From a bacterium (GTDB taxonomy: Bacteria; SZUA-182; DTGQ01; JAFGSM01), in assembly GCA_049472335.1 (NCBI GenBank), contig JBLIRO010000039.1, positions 1 through 47,963 of the forward strand: 47,963 bases of DNA, given 5' to 3'. Every line of letters begins with the position of its first letter. The first letter of the stretch is position 1. This document shows, piece after piece, positions 41,340 to 47,963 of this stretch. A program made the position numbers and the translations under genes. The notes below the pieces were generated by a model. It worked only from the letters and a program-made list of their open reading frames with translations, was not told the origin of the DNA and made no database searches.

Positions 41340-41570
41340 ATGAAGTGTTCTATAAAGCAATTAAGACAAAAAACAAAGGAACTTGTTGATCTTGCTGAGA
41401 GTGGAGAAGAAATTATAATAACTTACAGAGGCAAGGAAAAAGCAATGGTAGTTCCATTAATGAGGCAAATAGAAAAAACAAATACAGGTTTTGGTATTTG
41501 GGCTGACCATCAGGAAATAAAGGATAGCTCTGAATTTGTTAGAAAAATAAGAAAAAGTCGAATAAAGTGA
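41340..41570 (+). CDS. Phd/YefM-family antitoxin
   Basis: SIKQLRQKTKELVDLAESGEEIIITYRGKEKAMVVP. Confidence 0.88.
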   Translation: MKCSIKQLRQKTKELVDLAESGEEIIITYRGKEKAMVVPLMRQIEKTNTGFGIWADHQEIKDSSEFVRKIRKSRIK

Positions 41571-41944
41571 TTATAGATACAGATATATTGATCGATTATT
41601 TTAAGGGGGTTGAAAAGGCCCAAAAAACTATTAAAAAAATCAATGAACCTGCCATAAGCGTCATTACACTGTTTGAATTATGTCAGGGTGCAAGAAATAA
41701 AAAAGAATGGAATATCATCAGGAGTTTTCTCAGAGAATGGGCCTTTAAAATTATTCAGTTAGATGAGAAACAATCATTACAAACTCTATCTTTTATGGAA
41801 AGATATAACCTCTCACATGGACTTAAAATGGCGGATGCAATGATAGCGTCTTGTGCTTTTTGTAATTGTGAAGAACTCATAACAGGTAATTATATAGATT
41901 ACCAGTTTATTGCTGAAATAGTTATTCATAAGTATAAAAAATAA
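41567..41944 (+). CDS. VapC PIN-domain toxin
   Basis: IIDTDILID, ISVITLFEL, DAMIAS, LITGNYIDY; 4-bp overlap with the antitoxin. Confidence 0.9.
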   Translation: MIIDTDILIDYFKGVEKAQKTIKKINEPAISVITLFELCQGARNKKEWNIIRSFLREWAFKIIQLDEKQSLQTLSFMERYNLSHGLKMADAMIASCAFCNCEELITGNYIDYQFIAEIVIHKYKK

Positions 41945-41992
41945 TTGTAGTTTTCCTGTTAATTGGAAGAGCCGGAAAAAGAAGGACATGCC

Positions 41993-42328
41993 TTAAAAGA
42001 TCTTTCCCAGGATATATCCGATCACGATACCTATTGCCAGAACAAGCGCGTAAAGCCTGGCACTGACCACCTGCTTGAACATCCCCTGTTTTATCCTTAT
42101 CAAGCTGAGGATATAGGCGCTGATTGCGATAAGCAAAGTGGCGGGCAAGGTAAAGGCCTTTATTATACTGGGGCCGAAATAGGGGATGAGACTGATATAA
42201 TAACCCAGCGTAGAAAAGATTCCCAAGAAAACAGGTGTAATGAGACCAAAAAGGATTACAAGGGCTGCGGCTATCTTTTTATCCAGATGGGTAAAGGCAG
42301 AAATAACAAGAAACAGGATAAGGCCCAC
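41993..42328 (-). CDS. Hypothetical membrane protein, probably 5'-truncated
   Basis: Several hydrophobic segments ending GIVIGYILGKIF; no convincing RBS or start. Confidence 0.5.
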   Translation of the reverse strand: MGLILFLVISAFTHLDKKIAAALVILFGLITPVFLGIFSTLGYYISLIPYFGPSIIKAFTLPATLLIAISAYILSLIRIKQGMFKQVVSARLYALVLAIGIVIGYILGKIF

Positions 42329-42329
42329 C

Positions 42330-42413
42330 CATAAAAGATTGAATAAAATACAGGAACAATGATAAGGGTTAGGATAGTAGCAAGCGCCAGCCCGAAAATA
42401 ACAGCGCGCCCAG
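42330..42413 (-). pseudogene. C-terminal fragment of an RND (AcrB/CzcA-type) permease
   Basis: GRAVIFGLALATILTLIIVPVFYSIFY resembles the last TM helix of RND permeases. Confidence 0.6.
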
Positions 42414-42846
42414 AGGGGACGGCGTTAGTTTATTAGTTTAAGCTTTTAAACTTGTAAACCATTTCATTTTATTCTAAGATCAACACATGCCAAGACACAG
42501 TAGATTAAACCTGCCCGGTTGTATTTATCATGTAATTACAAGGGGACTTGAATCTAAAAACATATTTACTGATACATATGACTGTAATGAATTTGTAAGC
42601 CGCTTATCCCTATGTTTAAAAGAAACAGGTTGCCAATGTCTGGGTTGGGCCTTAATCTCTAATCATTTTCATTTGTTAATCCTTACAGGAAAAGACTCTT
42701 TAACTTCACTAATGAGAAAATTATTAACAGGTTATGCTATTTATTTAAATAAACGGCCTGATCGTCATGACTATTTATATCAAAATCGTTACAAATCGAT
42801 CTTATGCCAGGAAGATCCCTATTTACCTATTCTAACACCGTCCCCT
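42414..42846 (+). mobile_element. Truncated RAYT (Y1/HUH transposase) element bounded by 15-bp inverted repeats
   Basis: AGGGGACGGCGTTAG (42414-42428) and CTAACACCGTCCCCT (42832-42846), one mismatch. Confidence 0.75.
42487..42825 (+). pseudogene. REP-associated tyrosine transposase, C-terminally truncated
   Basis: MPRHSR...YHVITRG...NHFHLL (HUH)...YQNRYKS...EDPYL; breaks off before the expected YIHxNP catalytic Tyr; the track ORF reads on to 42912 through unrelated sequence. Confidence 0.82.
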
Positions 42847-42874
42847 ATTTGCCTATTTACTAAGGGGGGAAGAA

Positions 42875-45800
42875 ATGATGAAACAAATTCTCAAGGAAGG
42901 TATACATCTTAAAGGCCAAGCATTTCATCATGTTCCTATTGCTATTTTCCTTGCGGTTTTAATTTCAGTATATCTTATCTTCGTTATACAACCAGCCTTT
43001 TCAAAAGATATTAAGGCCTTGGAAACGGGTAACAATAATATCCAACAGGGTGATGATGAAAATCCAGGATATCTTTATAATAAATGGCATTTTTGCATTA
43101 ACAATAATGATGATAATGCAAGTCCGAAGGATTTGAAGATAAAAGCTATAGAAAGGCTATCCTCACTAAAGAACAATAAAGAATTATTTCATAATAACAA
43201 TAAGGAACTATTGCTTAAGGGCAATCCAGAATCATCTCTTAAGAACAATAAGCAATTATCTCTTAAGGACAATGAAGAATCATCGGTCAATATCCCTGAT
43301 AAAAAGGCCCTCTCCGACTTAGATGATGCCATTTCCCAGATCAATAAAAGCCTAAAGGAAAGTCTTTGGAGGGACCCCTGGCACATTCATTGGGCAGAAG
43401 GGTCGCTTGTTTTTAATGCGGAAGGTAGGTCTGCTCAGAATCTTAAAAGAGTCATTAACAATGATAATGAAACAGTTAGAAACATAGCGACAGAAGTCCT
43501 GCATAATCTTATTTGTGCGGATTATATCCTTGCAATGACTGCCCTGAAAGAGGCCCAGACATACACAAACACTTCTGAGGAAGTAAAAACATATATCAGA
43601 AAAAGTGAGGAATATCTTCAATCAGGGAAAAAATTTTGTGAAGATCCTGAAGGGGCCGATGATCCTGAAGGGGCCGAAGATCCTGAAAAAGAGGAAGATA
43701 CTAAAAAGACTGAAGATCCTGAAAAGACAATTGAATACTTCAGAAAATCATGGCATTTTGCCTCTCTGGCTTTAACTAGACTCCCGACTGTTTCAATCAA
43801 TGTGTCCCCTGCAACTATTTCCCTTAATGAAACCGCAACCCTCACCTGGAGGACATCGAATGCTAACATAATAAGCATCGATAACGGGATAGGCCAAGTG
43901 AATGAAATCGGCTCCATAGACATATCCCTCACACAGACCACCACCTATACCATAACGGCCTCAAATCCCTCAGGCACCGCCACAGACAACGCCACCGTCA
44001 CCATAACCGTGAGCCAACTCCCTGCAATTTCCATAAACATCGATCCCGCATATATTCACACAGGTGAAATAGCCACTCTCACCTGGACCGCATCAAATGC
44101 CGACATTGTCAGCATAGATAAAGGAATAGGCCAAGTGGATGAATCAGGCTCTATAGACATATCCCCCTCACAGACCACCACCTATACCATAACGGCCTCA
44201 AATCCCTCAGGCACCACTACAGACACAATCACTCTAAAGGTTATCCATACTGCCCATCTCCCCGAAGGCTCCTTAGGGAAACAATACGAAGAATTGATCC
44301 CCGAGGATGCCTCAATAGAAGCATACGATGAAAAAAGGTTCTGCATCATTACAGGCTTCGCATACACAATGGACGAGACAGGGAAAATGATCCCTTTTCC
44401 CAATGTAACCGTCACCCTGCATAACCATCCTGAATATGGCACATCACAGACCAACGAAGAGGGAAGATTTGCCATACCCACAGACGGGGGAGGCATATAC
44501 ACCGTTGTCTATGAAAAAGAAGGTTACATCCGGACACACAGAAAGGTCAAGACCTTCTTTAGTGAAGTGGTATTGACCAAAGACGACCCCGTGCTTATAC
44601 AAAAGGACACAAAAACAACGCAGGTCCAATTTGACGGAAACCCTGACACCATCACCGTGCATGAAAGCACACCCGTAACAGATGAGCGCGGTTACCGCTC
44701 GTGCACACTTGTATTCACCGGTGACAACATGGCCTATACCAGCGACGGAACTAAGCTTGACACCATTACTACCAGCGTAACGGAATATACCACACCCCGT
44801 TCCATGCCTGCCATGCTCCCACCTTATACACAGTTTACCTATTGCGCAGAATTCTCCGCACAAGAAGCAGAAGGCATCCGGTTTGAAAAGCCCGTGATAG
44901 CCTATGTGGACGACTTCATGGGCTTTGGCACAGGAGGGATTGTGCCCGTGGGATTCTACGACCGGGAAAGGGCACTCTGGGTGCCTTGCAGAAACGGTAT
45001 CATTGTCACCCTTCTGGACACCAACGGAGACGACATAGTGGATGCCCTGGACGCGGACGGGGACGGCATACCGGATGACATAAACGACAACGGCTCTTTC
45101 GCTGATGATGTCCTGGGCCTTCACGACCCGGACAGATATCAGCCAAACACCACATACTGGCGCATAGAGATCGATCATTTCTCACCCGGGGACCTGAACT
45201 GGTCCATGCTCGATTACCCGCTCCCCAATCCTCCTGCTCCCCCCGTCTTTGACATGCAACAACCAATGGACTGCAAAACCCATACAGGCTCCTACGCCGA
45301 ACACCGCAGCCGTATCCTTCATGAGGACATACCCCTTCCGGGAACGGACTGGACCCTGCATTACGCAAGCAACAGAACAAGCGGATACAAATACAGGATA
45401 ACCATACCCATCACAGACAAAATACCCTCCTGCAGCGCCATCCTGATCTGTGTGGAGATCGGCGGTCGGCGCCTCAAGGAATCACTGCTTCCCAGCCAAT
45501 ATGACAAAACGGAACTCATCTGGAACGGACTGGACTTTAGGGGCAATGAGATGTACGGCACCGTGCCTGTGGATGTTTATATAACATATTTCTATATAAG
45601 AGGCACCTACATGATCCCTGTGGTAAACAGATTCGCGGACAGGCCTCCTGAGCTACTAAAACATACAGGGGGATTGTTCGGATGGCCCGGAAGCGGATAT
45701 TTTACCTCAAAGCCGGGGCAGGTAAGCTTCAGGTCCGCATCATCTGGGGTATCCCCGGGCATTGTCTTTCCCAGGACCCTGAACAGTAAATATTACATCC

Positions 45801-47963
45801 ATGTACAAAGAAAACCCAGAGGAACAATAGCCCGGGGCTGGACTCTATCCCCGCACCACGATCTCGTCCGTGACCCGGTAGTCCCATCCGCACTTTATAA
45901 GGGGGACGGCACCTTCCTTGAAAACCAAAAGATAATAAAGACCATAGCAGGAACAGGCACAGGGGGCTACAACGGCGACAACATCCCCTCAACACAGGCC
46001 CTGCTAAACGGCCCCATAGCCCTTGCCGCAGACTCCCGGGACAATCTCTATATCCTGCAGGAAAGACACAAAAGGGTAAGAAAGGTTGACACAGACGGCA
46101 TCATCACAACAATAGCAGGAGGCGGAAGCGACACACAAGATGGTGTCCCCGCGACCTTGGCCCGGCTCAACAACCCAAAAGATATAGCAACCGACAATGA
46201 AGGAAATATCTATATCATAGACCATCACAGCATCCGCAAGGTGGATACAAACGGCATCATCACAACCATAGTAAACAATGAAGGCAAAATAGGCTATCAC
46301 GGAGACGGGGGCCCGGCCCAAAATGCCTGGCTTTGCTATCCCACAGGCATAGCATGTGACTCAAACGGCAATATCTTTATCGCGGATTCAGGAAACAACC
46401 TTGTCCGGATGATAAACACCAACGGGATTATCAACACCATTGCCGGAAACGGCACGCAAGACTTTACCACAGACCAGGGACCCGCCGTATTCGCATCAGT
46501 AACACCCTACAGCATCGATGTCGACTCCCAGGGAAACATCTATATCCTGGACAGCCGCAAAAAACAAATCCTCAAGATCAGCCCGGGCGGCATTATAAGC
46601 ACCTTAGCGGACCTTGATCTTCCCCATATCACATCCGCTCCCTATAAAATAGCAGTTGATTCCCGGTACAACCTCTGCTTTATAAACCTGGATGAAAACG
46701 TAATAAAGATGATAAACCAGAATGATGAAATTGTGACAATAGCAGGTAACGGCGACAATAACCATGGCGGGGATTCAGGCGCACCCGGCAATGCCTCGTT
46801 CAGCCCCATGGACATCGCCATAGGCCCCACGGGCGACATATACATTGCGGACTGGTGGCATGAGAGGGTAAGAAAGATAAGCAGTTCCTTTGTTTTTGCC
46901 ACGGACTCCGGCATTCTGGTGCCGGATGACAGCGCAGGCCATATTATGGCCCCCTCGGGACGCCACCTGTCCACTATAGATCTTAACACCGGAAAAACGC
47001 TCCTTTCCTTCGGATATGAAAGATCAGGGCTCATATCCATAAAGGACAGATTCGGCAACGAGACGAGAATAAACAGGGGCTACAAAGAATTATCCATCAT
47101 CTCTCCCCACGGCATGGCAACCATGCTCACCATAGATAACTTTAACAACCTTAGAAAGGTCACCTATCCGGACGGGTCCAATTACCATATGGAATACACC
47201 CCTGACGGCCTCATGACCCATAAATACGATCCCAAGGGCAGCCACTTCCAATACCTGTTCGATATGGCAGGAAGGCTCACAGACGTCTTTGACCCTGAAA
47301 GCGGGCACTGGAATTATCAAAGGACCATAGACACCCAATTTAACGTAATAACTCTTGTAACAACAGGTGAGGGCAATACAACAACATATACTGACCGCAC
47401 ATATTCAACCGGATATTATACCTCCATCATAACAAGCCCTTCAGGCGAATCCACAGACTTTACAAGATCCCCGGACGGGCTTTTGATAAGCAAGGAGCTT
47501 CCCTGCGGGATGTCATTACTTTTTGGATATGGCATAGACCCGCAATACAGGGGACCTTATATCCAAAGCACCTCGGAAAAAACCCCTTTTGGTCTTACCC
47601 TGGGGACCTGCACGGAAAAGACATACAAGGATACAAACGGAGACGGTTTTAACGACCTCATTACCACCTACACCAGCATCAATTATAAAGTGGTTATTAC
47701 TCTGGACAACACCATTGAAGGTGTAAAGACAAGCACCTCACTACTTGGAAGAACAATAACCACATCCTATGATCCGAACACCCTGCTCACCAAAAGCATA
47801 AATATCCCGGGTCTCCATGAGACCTCATATGATTACGACACAAGGGGAAGGCTCACGTCGGTAAACACCCATACCAGAAGCACAGGCTTTTCCTATAATG
47901 AGCAGGGGCTGCTCGAATTCATCACCGGTCCCCAAAACCAAACCACCACATATAATTATGACA
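42875..47963 (+). CDS. Teneurin-like YD/RHS protein (partial, >=1696 aa, runs off the window)
   Basis: Not in the ORF track because there is no stop in the window. AAGGGGGGA RBS; MMKQILKEG...IAIFLAVLISVYLIFVIQPAFS signal; two Ig-like repeats; carboxypeptidase-regulatory/TTR-like domain; EDIPLPGTDWTLHYASNRTSGY and GWTLSPHH..LYKGDG; NHL repeats; YD repeats; frame at 47960 matches the start. Confidence 0.88.
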   Translation, partial: MMKQILKEGIHLKGQAFHHVPIAIFLAVLISVYLIFVIQPAFSKDIKALETGNNNIQQGDDENPGYLYNKWHFCINNNDDNASPKDLKIKAIERLSSLKNNKELFHNNNKELLLKGNPESSLKNNKQLSLKDNEESSVNIPDKKALSDLDDAISQINKSLKESLWRDPWHIHWAEGSLVFNAEGRSAQNLKRVINNDNETVRNIATEVLHNLICADYILAMTALKEAQTYTNTSEEVKTYIRKSEEYLQSGKKFCEDPEGADDPEGAEDPEKEEDTKKTEDPEKTIEYFRKSWHFASLALTRLPTVSINVSPATISLNETATLTWRTSNANIISIDNGIGQVNEIGSIDISLTQTTTYTITASNPSGTATDNATVTITVSQLPAISINIDPAYIHTGEIATLTWTASNADIVSIDKGIGQVDESGSIDISPSQTTTYTITASNPSGTTTDTITLKVIHTAHLPEGSLGKQYEELIPEDASIEAYDEKRFCIITGFAYTMDETGKMIPFPNVTVTLHNHPEYGTSQTNEEGRFAIPTDGGGIYTVVYEKEGYIRTHRKVKTFFSEVVLTKDDPVLIQKDTKTTQVQFDGNPDTITVHESTPVTDERGYRSCTLVFTGDNMAYTSDGTKLDTITTSVTEYTTPRSMPAMLPPYTQFTYCAEFSAQEAEGIRFEKPVIAYVDDFMGFGTGGIVPVGFYDRERALWVPCRNGIIVTLLDTNGDDIVDALDADGDGIPDDINDNGSFADDVLGLHDPDRYQPNTTYWRIEIDHFSPGDLNWSMLDYPLPNPPAPPVFDMQQPMDCKTHTGSYAEHRSRILHEDIPLPGTDWTLHYASNRTSGYKYRITIPITDKIPSCSAILICVEIGGRRLKESLLPSQYDKTELIWNGLDFRGNEMYGTVPVDVYITYFYIRGTYMIPVVNRFADRPPELLKHTGGLFGWPGSGYFTSKPGQVSFRSASSGVSPGIVFPRTLNSKYYIHVQRKPRGTIARGWTLSPHHDLVRDPVVPSALYKGDGTFLENQKIIKTIAGTGTGGYNGDNIPSTQALLNGPIALAADSRDNLYILQERHKRVRKVDTDGIITTIAGGGSDTQDGVPATLARLNNPKDIATDNEGNIYIIDHHSIRKVDTNGIITTIVNNEGKIGYHGDGGPAQNAWLCYPTGIACDSNGNIFIADSGNNLVRMINTNGIINTIAGNGTQDFTTDQGPAVFASVTPYSIDVDSQGNIYILDSRKKQILKISPGGIISTLADLDLPHITSAPYKIAVDSRYNLCFINLDENVIKMINQNDEIVTIAGNGDNNHGGDSGAPGNASFSPMDIAIGPTGDIYIADWWHERVRKISSSFVFATDSGILVPDDSAGHIMAPSGRHLSTIDLNTGKTLLSFGYERSGLISIKDRFGNETRINRGYKELSIISPHGMATMLTIDNFNNLRKVTYPDGSNYHMEYTPDGLMTHKYDPKGSHFQYLFDMAGRLTDVFDPESGHWNYQRTIDTQFNVITLVTTGEGNTTTYTDRTYSTGYYTSIITSPSGESTDFTRSPDGLLISKELPCGMSLLFGYGIDPQYRGPYIQSTSEKTPFGLTLGTCTEKTYKDTNGDGFNDLITTYTSINYKVVITLDNTIEGVKTSTSLLGRTITTSYDPNTLLTKSINIPGLHETSYDYDTRGRLTSVNTHTRSTGFSYNEQGLLEFITGPQNQTTTYNYD
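43160..43279 (+). repeat. Five imperfect 24-bp in-frame repeats
   Basis: SSLKNNKE LFHNNNKE LLLKGNPE SSLKNNKQ LSLKDNEE. Confidence 0.7.
43640..43729 (+). repeat. Five imperfect 18-bp in-frame repeats
   Basis: EDPEGA DDPEGA EDPEKE EDTKKT EDPEKT. Confidence 0.8.
43781..44245 (+). repeat. Tandem duplication of a 79-aa Ig/PKD-like domain (237-bp period)
   Basis: Units start at 43781 and 44018; both encode ATLTW...SNA..SID.GIGQV.E.GSIDIS..QTTTYTITASNPSGT. Confidence 0.85.

Noticed and set aside
41963..42334. 123-aa + strand ORF
   Set aside because: Antisense to the more protein-like hydrophobic minus-strand ORF; no motifs
43189..47338. Series of minus-strand ORFs in the track
   Set aside because: All are antisense to the single long + strand teneurin-like frame

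Overview
Bacterial chromosome segment, mostly + strand, probably from an anaerobe (inferred from bifurcating-type Etf, DUF362 and AhbA-like genes). In order: a surface-glycosylation/ABC cluster (GT-C+TPR, WecA-like, GT4, ABC ATPase and permease); the yceD-rpmF-plsX-fabH-fabD-fabG-acpP-fabF-rnc operon, which carries an acyl-CoA dehydrogenase-etfB-etfA(ferredoxin-fused) module between fabH and fabD; tatA, fmdB-like, pgi, DUF362, ahbA-like, three signalling kinases, dinG-like and an M23 peptidase. A decayed 2.8-kb tyrosine-integrase element sits in the 3' end of the M23 gene (25-bp direct repeats, arm-type and IHF-like sites) with toxin-antitoxin cargo, followed by an AbiE locus whose toxin is internally deleted. 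Next come secA, a C-N hydrolase, an orphan subtilase-prodomain-like secreted protein, DUF62, pmbA, a vapBC-type pair and a truncated RAYT element. The window ends in a >=1696-codon ORF that the supplied ORF track misses (42875 to the window end, no stop), encoding a teneurin-like FN-plug/NHL/YD protein. Strongest candidates for something new: the Bcd/Etf module inside the fab operon, and the teneurin-like protein. All assignments come from motif recognition by eye; no database searches were run.
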